Below, piece by piece: positions 10,611-22,209 of a DNA stretch of 64,000 nt. Both the position numbers and the translations under genes were made by a program. The notes beneath the pieces are model-generated. The model saw nothing but the letters and a program-made list of their open reading frames with translations, was not told the origin of the DNA and did not search any database. The stretch is from Fistulifera solaris (taxonomy: Eukaryota), in the NCBI GenBank assembly GCA_030295235.1, contig AP026145.1:124001-188000 (forward strand), given 5' to 3'. Position 1 is the first letter of the stretch; each line of letters begins with the position of its first letter.

Positions 10611-12561
10611 ATGGAAACAAATTACAGGTCTTTCGCTCCTCCCGATCCGCTGGAGTCGATTCCGTCATCGATTTCTCATTCGGGCTGTTCCGAACCAACG
10701 GCGTCAACGGCTCGGCATTCCTATAGAGGATTCTCTACTTCAATTGCTGCTATTTTTCAAGATGAAGAGCATGCTGCGACGGATTGTTGTAGTTTGACGT
10801 GTTGTGGATTGATACAGTCAGATCGAGATCGCTTTTTAGTGACGGGCGTGCGACCTCCGACGCCCTGTAAACGCATCAGCGTCCATTTCGTTTTGCCCCT
10901 GGTCCTCTTTTTTTACCGCTGGATTACTGGCGGTACATATTCCGGATCATACACTCAATGAAATAGCCTGTACTGCTGTCGTATTGATGATTGTTGCTTA
11001 TTTCATGGTACAATGTTACAAGGGAAGTCTGAAACGAAGGTTTGTGCGAAAGCAACTGTTGCGGACGAAATATGAAATGCTGCACGGAGGGCATTCCTCT
11101 TCATCATCGCAACATACAGAAGATACAGAAGATGAAGCCAGCGATTACAGATACAAACCGGAACACCATTTGGGTCAACGGAAAAGCGATTTGCGGTGCG
11201 CTCATCCCTGTTGGATGATCGGATGTTATGCGCAAGATCATGCGAACGATGACGACGAAGAAGCGGATCTAAAACGACCGCATACACTCTGTGCTTGGTT
11301 GTACTACTGGTGCTTTCCTTCTCCTCTCGCTGGATATCATGTGCAAGTGTGGGGAAGTTGTGCTTTGGCACAAGAAGCTCGTGAACTCGCTCGCATTCTA
11401 CCCCCTGCCGACCGACAAGTTGATTATATAACCATGCAACCCTATCGTGACTATACCGGCAGCAACAAACTATCCCAGCTATCATTGCAGTTGATAAAGT
11501 GGGCTTGCATATTTGTACTCGTCTTGATTCTTTGGTGCGTGGTAGGTCCATGGTACATGAGACACGTCATCGTCGACAATCGGGCGAGTCGACACGTATT
11601 TGGATGGATCGATCTGGGTATCTTCGTTTTGACATGGTGTGAGGCTATTGGATTGTTATTTGTGTTCAAGAAACTTCTGAACAAGCCAGAACCTTCGCAA
11701 CTCAGTGTAGACGCCATGATCAAGTTCTTTGCCGCGGGTTTTTGCTTGTCGACTTTCTTGGCTGTGGCCTGGCAGGTCTTTTTAGGGTTGCTGGTGCAGA
11801 CCATCATTGTACTAGCAATGGCTGTGGCGGGTGTAAAGGCAGTGGATTCTCCCGAAACCAACGAATCCTCATTTTTGAGAAATGCATTTGCACAGAACCC
11901 CTGGACCTTGATGAGTGCCTCCGATTTTATCGATTCGGTGCAACACGAGCATCCCATCTTTGCCACGTTCTACATACTCTTTGCCACTTTCATTTTGGCT
12001 GCCATGGTGGAAGAACTGTGCAAGTATTACGGATATCGCATGTGCGAACACCCAGACTTGTTGTTCAACCAAAACGGCAAATCCAAGCAAGCGCGCGGAG
12101 CTGCCATTACGCTGGCCATGTTATCGACCGCCATGGGATTTACGTGCTGTGAAAATTTGGTGTATGTCTTTGTCTACGGTGGCACAAGCACACAATTGGA
12201 ACTATCGATACTGTTCGCTCGGAGTTTGTTTCCTGTGCACCCGTTAGCCGCTGCTTTACAAAGCTTGGGTGTTGTGGAACGAGATGTGGAAGCCCCCGCC
12301 ACTACTCAAACGAAAAGCAAGCGATTCTGGGATTTTGTTATTCTTGGACCGGCCATCCTATTTCACGGGTTTTATGATTTCTTGATAGTTTGGTTGGACT
12401 ATTTAGGGAGCGGGAATTGGACGCGACTAGAGTCAGTGGGGAGTTTTCTCGTTTTGTCAGCGGCGTTAGCGTATTACATCAAGATGCGACGGAAGCAACA
12501 GCAGCGATTGCAACTTCTAGACCGAGCCATGAATGCGGCTTCTACGACGAATGTGGTGTAA
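10611..12561 (+). CDS. Multi-pass membrane protein: PLAC8-like Cys-rich region fused to a PrsW-family intramembrane protease; one frameshift in T-run ~10910
   Basis: DCCSLTCCG and CALAQEARE (PLAC8-like). PrsW-type motifs EELCK, FTCCEN, FPVHPL and HGFYD. The two ORFs join after removing one T (LVLFFTAGLLAVHIPDH...). Confidence 0.8.
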
Positions 12562-12665
12562 CGGGGCACAGTGTTCGCGGCTTCGCATGAGTTCAATAAT
12601 GTTCTTGTAAGATATTTACCTCTTCTAGATTACATAATAGCGATTCTACTTGAGTAAGTCTCCCG

Positions 12666-13571
12666 TTAAGGCCAGTCTTCCAAGTGAATACCAGGCCACG
12701 GCAATCGAGGCCTCGACCAATACGAGACGGAATCGACGCCCAAACAGGCCGATCCCAAATACACCAAACCAGCTGTACCTTGTAAAAGATCATCGGTCAT
12801 ACCGGCATCAAGCGGTTGATCGGTGAACTGTATGGGTGCTTGCACACGAATGCATCGATCGACCAGCTTCTGTTGAAGAAACTGTTGTGCAGTGAACGGA
12901 CCTCCTTCGACCATGAGATGATGGACTTTGAACTCGTCCGATAAAATATGCAGGACGGCAGTGAGTGAAATGCTTCCACCCTCGGTCCTAGGGACACGTC
13001 GAAATTGTACCGCTTCCGAGAGCAGTGTTTTTATCTTGGTCGTTGCTGCGTCAATGGTGTGAAAGACGACCGTTTTGTATCCGTCGTGAAAGAGTTGATA
13101 CGGAGGAGTTGACGACGACGATGAGGAAAACAAGGAGAGAGATGGATCAAGAACGACCCGTAAGGGTTGCTGCGTAACTGTGACATTCCTACGGACTAAT
13201 AAACTGGGATTGTCGGCTTGTACGGTTCCTTTTCCGACAAGGACGGCTTGACATGAAGCTCGTAACCGATGCACCATATCTAAGGATGCGTCGCAAGTAA
13301 AACGCTCTTGTATTTTGGCTCCCAAGTCAGCTGCAGCACCTTTTGCGTCTACAGCGATTTTGAGTGTTATCCCGTGTATGGAAGGAGTGCTAAAGCTTTC
13401 AATCTGGTTCGCATTACGGTCACTAGCAAATGTGACGGTTCGGTTTAATCTCTTGAGACTTTGTTGAATGCGAAAAGGAACAGGAATCGTCCAAGCCCCC
13501 ACTTCTAGAAAGAGAAGCAAGACATTGCCTGATAGCAGCAGAACGAAATACAATCTTGTCGTTAATAGCAT
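12666..13571 (-). CDS. RibD C-terminal (pyrimidine reductase/DHFR-like) domain protein, predicted plastid presequence
   Basis: ITLKIAV, VHRLRA..AVLVGKGTVQADNPSL, PLRVVLD and LMVEGG. Signal peptide ending VGA|WT. Confidence 0.85.
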   Translation of the reverse strand: MLLTTRLYFVLLLSGNVLLLFLEVGAWTIPVPFRIQQSLKRLNRTVTFASDRNANQIESFSTPSIHGITLKIAVDAKGAAADLGAKIQERFTCDASLDMVHRLRASCQAVLVGKGTVQADNPSLLVRRNVTVTQQPLRVVLDPSLSLFSSSSSSTPPYQLFHDGYKTVVFHTIDAATTKIKTLLSEAVQFRRVPRTEGGSISLTAVLHILSDEFKVHHLMVEGGPFTAQQFLQQKLVDRCIRVQAPIQFTDQPLDAGMTDDLLQGTAGLVYLGSACLGVDSVSYWSRPRLPWPGIHLEDWP

Positions 13572-14166
13572 GATGATTCAATCTCTTCCCATCATTTTGA
13601 GGTGAGAAAATGCGAAAGAAAAATTAAGGGCCTCGAGAATTCCGAAATTTTTCGTCCTCAATAAAACGTCCGGGACTGAAAAGAACTTCAGTCGGAGGGA
13701 TTAGAACCTACATTTCACGCTATAGTACACGCTATACCATAGAAAATGAAATTAGCTGTTTATTGACTTTTTTGGGTCGTAAATAGTTCTCAATTATTTA
13801 CGTATAGCGACAGAGGCTGAAATGAGCTGAAGGTGGGCGAGATGTAATAAAATACAACGCGCAAAGTGCTACGGAGTAGCAAGATTCTGACCTAATGTAG
13901 ACTAATGGAGCAAAGGTAATCACACATCTCCAAGCCTAGTGGAATCTCAAAGCGGCGGGCGTTACCCGTTTGTCCGAAAAGACTTGCACTATGAACTTTA
14001 CTCTCTACTTCAACTTATGCTGTAAAATAATATATACACAGAGTATTTGATATGATTGTGTTTCAATGCCCTGGTACCGTACCTTGGTACCAAGTGTTGC
14101 TTATTTAGTTGAGTTGTTTATCACAGCAAAGTTCTTTAAAATGGCTAGAGTTACCGTATCGCTGGC

Positions 14167-15985
14167 TCAGCTAATAGCGCGAAGCTCCAAATCCCCTCCC
14201 ATCGTGTATCCGTCAGACCAGGCAGCCCTTCGATAATTTCTCACACCACGTCGTTCTCTAAAAAGACAGAACGCCAGCAAGGCAAACAAGGTCGCTCCTA
14301 CAACCAATGGAATGACAGATGAAGCATCGTCAGTGTTTCCCGATGGTAAAGTTGGTGAACGCGGAGATGTCTGCGGCGGCATCACATTGCGATGTGGTGC
14401 TAAAGAAGGTTGTTGAGTTGGTTCCTTTGTTAGGAAGGGTACTGGAGCAGGACTTGCTGTGGTGCCTGGGATCATTGTTCTCGTAGGTACGCTTGTTTCC
14501 GAAGAAAAAGGTGCCAATGACGACCCTTCTTCTTCGAAGTACGAAGGAGTCGGTGATTTGGTGTAACCTTCGTCAATGGTGGGTGCGTAAGTGGGAAAAG
14601 GACTGCTGTTCGGGTTGATTGTGACACCGTTGTAAATATCTATATCCTCGTCATCCGCACAAGGAGGCGAATCATCGTTCTCGGCAGTCCGTTTCGGAGC
14701 TAAACCAACCTTGTTCTCATGAAAGTCAAAAGCCACAAAGTTGCTCAAGAAAAATTGTTCTCCTAGTAACCATACAGAGAGGTTCTCGTCGGGAAGCAAT
14801 GTCAGTAAGCACCACTGGTCAACATTGGAATCAAAATTTTCGACTTCGACCACTTCGTCCGTACTGAGCGGGGTGGTCATTTCCGTCAACTTATACGAAA
14901 CTCCATCAATATTCAAAATCAACGCATCGACGGGAGATTCACATGGACCAAAGCCGAACTCAAAAGCAGTAGTATCGCAACTGACGCTCTGCATGGCCCC
15001 CGATGCTTCGCCTCGTGTACCGCAATACCATCCCGGTGTTTGCTTCCAAAAATGCTGCAACGACCGACGAAGGACCCAGAGAAAAGGAAGCACTACTGTC
15101 CAACACCGCCGTATCGACGAGTGGTAACTCGACGTTCCCGACCCGCGATGATTCGACCTTCAAGTCCCATAAAATGTCGACACCCATTTCGAGCGGTTGC
15201 ACCTCATGCCAGACCAGGCATCCGGAATACAGAGTGCGATCGATTCCCCCCAGTAGTAACTCGGATGACAGTTCATCGCCCGTGAGATGCAATGCAAACA
15301 TGGGACGAGGCAATGCATCATGGAGCTGTTTGATGACTGTAGCAAAGTGCTCGACTTGGCCTTCTCCGGTCAATCCTTCATTGAGCGGACCCAGACCAAG
15401 ATACCCATCCCACTGATTCGGACATGCCTGATCGTAGTATGTTTCCATTTTATCGATGACAGCAAAACCTTGTTCGGGAATTTGGATTTCATCGGTAAAC
15501 GCAACTTTATCTTTGTACAGTAGCCCCGCTACCTTTAAGAAGAGGGTGAAGAAAGAAGAAAGAGTATTGAATCAGTAACAAAGACAAGGAAATAGATGCT
15601 TCTTCGTGCGGATTTGATAACGTACTTGATCTCCTCCGGTAACGGATTCGTACATGTTCTCCAAAGCATTGTCGAACAACGGCGTCGCGTTTGTCGCATC
15701 ATATCGATTCTGTGTTTCTATACAATCCACACAATCTTGCGATGTCACCCACAAATCCGTCGACGTCGTATCAACCACTAATTGAAAGGGTTGCGTCCCG
15801 ATGGTCACACTGACCGTGTAGAACGGCATATCGTCATCGCACGGCGTAAGAGGCACGGCATCGGCAGCGGCTTGTGCCTGGCGACGGCTCGTTCGATACT
15901 TCTTGCGTGCAAGAATCGTTTCCAGCTTTTCTCTTCCGTCTGCTATCAAAAAGGTTTTTGACCTCGAAAGAGAAAGTCGTGTCAT
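14167..15985 (-). CDS. Pepsin-like (A1) aspartic protease-fold protein with P/T/S-rich stalk and C-terminal TM; start uncertain
   Basis: YTVSVTIGT.QPFQLVVDTTSTDLWV, DGYLGLG, AVLDSSAS, WLLGEQF..FD...KVGLA. Intron 15533-15625 and an indel near 15033. A further upstream exon (~16008-16105) is possible. Confidence 0.8.
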
Positions 15986-16077
15986 AATAAGTTAACTAAT
16001 ATTCACTTGTATTGCTCCCAAGTATTTCCGCTGTCTTTGGTTGAAATAATGCGCAATGCCTCGCGTTTATGACCCAG

Positions 16078-16365
16078 GACTGAAATCAGTCGTGAAAAAG
16101 TCATATACACTCTAACACTATAGTCTAACTCCAGATCAGGGACAAGAGCACAAGCACGATGTTCTAGAGATGAGAATGAGACTTGATACATAATGGATTG
16201 CTATGAGTAGAGCAAGAGTAGAGCGCAATTTCGTATTTTAATAATTTTTCATACGAAATAGTCTACGACGAGGTCGCAAAGTTTTTTTTGATTTCAGAGA
16301 AACCTTTCCTTTCTCGTGACTGAAAATCAGTCGTGACGTGTTTCCTCCTAACGTACTTTGTAGAC
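16078..16365 (+). repeat. Same repeat family, two heads 241 bp apart
   Basis: GACTGAAATCAGTCGTG...AACACTATAGTCTA (CAGTCGTG at 16087) and TCGTGACTGAAAATCAGTCGTGA (16328). Confidence 0.65.
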
Positions 16366-16608
16366 GGAGAACCAGTGAAACAACGTTAAAGACGTTATAA
16401 ATCAACAGTAAGGCGATACTCCGTTTTGAATATCGCACCGACTATGTGACAACAAGACCGGCCGGCGGAGAACACTTAGGAACTCACAAAGTGAGGTGAC
16501 AAACGCTTTCAAACTGGTACTGTAAGGTAAAGCGCCACGCGCAACACGCAACACACAACACAAGCAACATCCTCATCATTTATTATTGTTAGTTGTAATT
16601 AACACACA

Positions 16609-19600
16609 ATGGAGACTCCTATTTGGGAACAAGCAAAAGAAAACTCTGCTCCTTTAGAAAGAGGTCGCAATGTCGCATTGCTCGAGCAATCGGCGGTCGC
16701 GACGGAAGAGGATCGACGTGAGCTCGAACGCATGTTGCGTCATTACGAAAAATTAGTGCAACAGGACGACGACGATGCCCTCATTCATTGGCTTTCGTAC
16801 ATTAAGTTTCATCAGGAATCATTCCCAGTCGATACTCACGAACAGTTCTTATTGTTAGAGCGCTGTTTTCGAGCTCTGTGTCCCGTCCGCAAGTATGCAA
16901 ATGACTTGCGATTCATTCGCGTTTGCTGTCGTTATGCGGAACAAACGAAACGACCGCGTGAAATATTTCAATATCTGTATCAGCAAAATATAGGAGCGCA
17001 AGTTGCAATCTTCTGGGCGGCTTGGGCTTTTGTGGCGGAGAAAGAGCAGGATTACGCGTTTGCGGACAAGATATTTAACAAGGGTTTGTCCAAAAGGCGG
17101 CGCCTTTGAATTATTTGCAGCAACGACACAAGCAGTTTCAGCGCAGGATGAGTCGGTACTGGCTCAATTCAACCAACAATCAAGATGCCGACGACGATGA
17201 CGATCAGCAAGATGGACGAGGCGTGTTAGGAGGCTTGTCGGAAGATTCGTTTCGTCGCAATGATCGTCGGGCTACATCGAGACCGAATTCGCTGCGGAAT
17301 CCTCGCATGCCTGCGAATACAGCCACTTTGCGACTCGGAGAAGTTCGACTCGAAGTACGTTACAAAGACAGGATGAAAATCAACCATTTGCGATCTATAC
17401 AGAAGATACACAAACAGAAAACGAAGCCTTGAACGATTCCCTAATTGAACCAGACGGCCGAGTTCTAGAAAGCGAAGAGGACCGTCTTAAGGAAAATACT
17501 ATACTTCCAGAACGTTGGAATGAAAGGGGAGCTCTATCTACCAGTCATATATCTTCCACTACTCCTATTCTCTGTGCACCCAAGCAGCCCGTGGCGTTTG
17601 CCGTTTATGTCGATGAAGAATGCGCCGCGCGGCATGAACGCGAGCAAGCTGACAAGCGCCGTGCTATTGAGCGCCATCGCCAAGTCCGCGATGACAGAAC
17701 TTTTAAAGAACGTGGAGTAGATAGCGTAGCCGAACGGCTAACCAACGATCCATTGCGGTATGTGCGAGACCCATCGCAAGTGCAATCCGACCAACCTGTT
17801 CGGCCCGAAGCGCCCTCGCAACTGAAATCACGAGGATTTGACAAGATGCTGCTAAAGAGTCCCTCAGGCGTGGAGCAATGTTTTGAGGAGGCTCGAGTTC
17901 AAGCCAGCTATTTTAAGCTCGTTTCGAGTTGTTCCAATGTGAATTTATTTGCGACGAGTCGTAACAAGGAGCAAAACGACTCGAATATGTCCATGGACGA
18001 ATCTACCAATGCTTCCTATCATTCCATCTCCATTCAATCAGCTTGCGCTACATCAGTGGTAGCTCCGCAAGCCGTCGCTTTCACGCCAGGTTTACAGAAC
18101 CGCCCCACTGACCCAAACGTCACAACAGACAGCGCAACGTCTTCTGTAGCTGTTGGCGGGGTTGCCGATCCGACTATCAATACGCAATTGGCGTTGAGAG
18201 AATTATCAATGATGTTTTCGAGTCCTGCATTTCCGCTAACGGAACGAAGTCGAATCGAAGATCGTTCTGGTGGCTTGGGTCCCATTCTAAACGAATCCGG
18301 TGTCTCGGACTCATGCAATACTTCAGTCATTATTCAGCAAGAAGAAGTGATGGCTGATTGTGATCCAGACTCTTCATTACTTGTCGTAACGGAACCGAGG
18401 ACTGGTTTTGCTATCTTTACAGACGTTGAACACGACGACGTGCCACCGGCGGATCGTGCAACAGCCGTTAAGGAACCTTCGATATTTGCGACTGCCTTTG
18501 AAATCTACACAGATGCTCCCGGAGCGGATACTCGGGTTGAAACAGCACAGGTGCCCGTGTGTAAGAACACCTTGATGCCAAGTCAGGCATTTGATATATT
18601 CATCGATGAGTTACAGCCAGACGCAAGTAGAATGATTTCTAAAGACACCGCTAATGAAGAGCTGCACGTCGATCGAAAAAGAAAAGTGGCGTCTTGGAGC
18701 ATATTGATGAAAGGAGCGATGACTCGAACTCCTGCGACGAAGAGAATGACGGTGACACCGCAACATTTTCTCTTTTTAATGAAGTCGTACAGATGTTGGA
18801 CGATGTGAGCATTGAGGGTGATAGTGACGACTGCAACGGTAAAAGTGAGTAAGTCCATTTTAAACTCGTACTCAAACCATGCTGACATGTGCGTCTTACC
18901 CACTTGTGATGAAACAGATTTAACCAATTTTACTAGCAGCCAGTCAAGGCATTACCCCGCCTCCAATGCTAAGAATATTTTCCCGGACTACGCAAATGTA
19001 TACCAAGATTTGATCAAATCTTCGACGCACCATTTAAAGGCTAATGCAGCATCTCATTTTCCCAATATTCCAGCGCTTACTCGCGTGCTTTCTGAATCGC
19101 AGAAAATTTATGATCTACAAGAGCATGCCTTACCGCGTCCTCTCAAGCGACAGCAAGTAAATCAGGGTGTTGAAATTAGAATTAGTCACAGCTCAGCAAA
19201 GATCGTAGCGGAGCTTGGAAAAGGTTCGTTCGGAAGCGTCGCCTTGCTAGAATCAGAAACATCAGTAAAGATTGCGATCAAATCTCAGGCACCGATCGAC
19301 TGTCTCGCCCTCGAGTTTGAGCTGCTACAAACGGCTAAAAAGCGCATAGGAACGAGTAAGCTCTTCTTTCCTGACCCTTTGTCGCTAATATTCTTTGCGG
19401 ACGGGGCCTTGCTCGCAATGTCTGCTGTGACCACGTCGGGTTTGAATCTTATTGACCTTGTCAATGCTTATACGTTACATGACGAATCCGTGCCAGAGAT
19501 CGTAGTCCTTTACTACACCTCGTTGATGCTTTCATACATTGAAACACTTCACTGGAAGGCGAAAATTTTGGTACGTCTGTCATGCAGGGACGAGTGGGTT

Positions 19601-20214
19601 GCGATTCTATCTCATCTCTCATTTTCTTTGTTCTTGTTGAATAGCATTGTGATGTCAAGCCTGACAACTGGGTTTTATCGCAATCTCATACAATGGCGGG
19701 TGATTCTGTTATTGGATCCGACCTTTGTTTAATCGACTTTGGGCGAGGTATCGATTTGGCTAAAGACGAAGGGCGTGCTGTATTCAGGAGTGACGACAAT
19801 GTGATGAACAAGAGATTCGTAGGACCCTCTTGTGTGAAAGAGATGATGTGTGTCGCGATGAGGAGAGGTCTTCCGTGGTCGTTTGACGCAGACACATTTG
19901 GTATCTGTGCATGCGTTCATGTATTACTTTTTAGCTCGCACATTGAATTGAAGGAAGATAAAAACGGTGATTGGGTTCCAAACGAACCGTTGGAAGGATT
20001 AAAATACGTCACTTTTTGGGATGAGATGTTTCGGACATTGTTAAATCTAGACCCTGAAACACAATTAGCGATTGGGTCACGTCCTCATTCTTTACGCCAG
20101 TTGCGGAAGAAAATAGACAAAGAATGGAGCGACAATTCTGTTCTGCAAAGTGAGCTTCGCCGACAAGCTTCTTTGCTGCCCAGTACGCGAGATGTTATGA
20201 AGGCAAGGAAATAG
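16609..20214 (+). CDS. BUB1: MadBub (BUB1/BUBR1) spindle-checkpoint kinase; two introns, several homopolymer frameshifts
   Basis: WEQAKENSAPLERGR (KEN1), TPR region (YANDLRF), GLEBS-like EQCFEEAR, CD1-like DPTINTQLALRELSMMFS. Kinase motifs GKGSFG, IAIK, HCDVKPDN (after intron 19571-19644) and IDFG. Another intron at ~18840-18917. Confidence 0.9.
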
Positions 20215-20283
20215 ACGTAACAGTTTCGCGAACGAATCTATTCTTAGATCTTTTAAATGCGGTTATTGCTGCAATGTACTCTT

Positions 20284-21850
20284 TTACATTTGTCGACACT
20301 GCACGTTACTGTCCTCTTCATACATGGGACCTTGTCGCATGCCAAAGAAGGATTGGTGCCCTGTGCATGATAAAAGAAAGGGTGTGGTTCTTCTTGTTCC
20401 TCTTCGTATCGATGACGTGTGTCATTCGGTGGAATTCCACTAGCGACTCCGAATTCGGAGCGTTTGGCTTGTGTCAATTCCAAAGTATCTTTCACGTGCG
20501 CAGGTTTTGTGCCTTCCATTTTGTGAACAAGTCGTTTCAACTCATTGTATTCTTCCTCCGTCAACTGATTTCGATGTTGTGGCAGTAGCACCTCAAACTC
20601 GATGTATAAATCACCGAATTCAGTACCAGTTTTGGGCATACCGTATCCATTCAAGCGATAGACATCTCCCGATTGAATTGCACCGGCTACTGCGATAGGA
20701 ATGTCTTTTCCATTCAAGTGTCGAATGCGCCGCTGAAAACCACCCAACGCTTCACTCCACGAAATCGATAAGGACATGGCCAGATCATAGTGCTTGCGCG
20801 TAAAGACATCATGCCGTTGCTGCTGTACGACTAGCACCAGATCCGCCGGCGTCGCATCCGGTACAAAATCAATTTCACCACTGCACAGCACCACATGTCC
20901 CGCCTCGGCTCCGGCGGGAATGTGTACGGATACATGTTTGGCGTGATGATGCGTTTCATGAAACGGCGAAGCATTGGGTGGTGGTACCAGAATCGTCTTG
21001 GTGATACCGTGATACAAGTCTTCCAGGGTAACGGTAATTTGATAACGAGTGGTCCGATTGATGGGATGTTGATTGTTGAATGGACGTCCCTGGCTGAAGA
21101 ACTGTTGAAAAATGTCGTAGGGCATGCCCCCTTGTTGCTGTTGCAAACCCGCCTTGCCGTATCGATTGTACAATTGCCGCTGTTCGGGATCCGAAAGTAC
21201 TTGATACGCTTCCGCGACTTTGTCGAAGGCACGTCGATCTCCCTGGGTCTTGTCGGGATGTGTCACAACGGCACGCCTTCGATACGCCTTTTGTATTTTG
21301 GCGTCGGCATCTGGATGCAGACCATCTTGGCGAGTTAATCCTAATATTTGATAATAATCGTCTTGCTTCAAGATGTCTTGCAGTAGCTGTTGTTGTCGTG
21401 TGAATGAAGCAGATGAGGAAGAGCTGGATGTAGTGTTTGTTTCGGTCGATGAATTCGGAGGAGGTGATTTCTTTTGCTCTTCTTCTTTTTATGATGATGA
21501 TGCGAGTCTTTGGGTTCGTGAGTGGATGTATGATTGTTGTCAGGTGCATTCGCTTCTGTTTCCCCGCCTCGCAAGGCTGTCGTCGCACGCAAAGAACGTG
21601 AGGCATGCGAAGCGACAGCTGTGGCCGTTGAAGTCGACAACGAAACGAAACACAGCCACTCCTTCTTCTTCATGAGTTTGCGTTTATCGACACCAGAGTA
21701 ATCTGGCGGTTGTAGTGCAACAGGGTTGCCTAAAGAGCAACCTAAGAAGACGAAGAAAATATAGGAAAGAATGATCATCGAAAACGGCAAAGCGAAAAAA
21801 CAACATCGCAAGGCGACGAGGAAGGAGGTCGTCTTCCACGTGGATGACAT
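20284..21850 (-). CDS. DnaJ/Hsp40 chaperone (J domain + C-terminal substrate-binding domain, no Zn finger) with N-terminal extension; start may be 21673
   Basis: DYYQILG, HPDK, AYQVLSDP..R.LY, VTLEDLYHG, EALGGF, G.GMP, GDLYIEF. A one-base correction at ~20350 gives the CaaX-like end NVQCRQM* (stop 20284). Another indel at ~21475. Confidence 0.85.
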
Positions 21851-22209
21851 TCGAGACGTTATGAAGGATCGGGTTAACGACCACTGTACGACAATGTAGG
21901 ACGACAGTCAGACAATCGCGGTGCGCGAAAGCAAATAAATCAAATAGGCGAAGTGACTACATGTCATTGGATACACATAACCGTTTCCCCTACCAATCCA
22001 TAGCAACGGACACATTTTGAGTCCGAATTGGTCCGCGAAAACAAAAAAGGGCGACTCACATAGCGTAGCTAAAAAATGGGTGGAAGAAGGAACAATCGTG
22101 TGAGCGGCATAAACAAAGAACGTTGCGAAAAAGAGAATAATTACACATCTCAATCTCATACTCTTCATTCTTTGATAGATTCAAACAACAACACAAGAGA
22201 AAACACATC

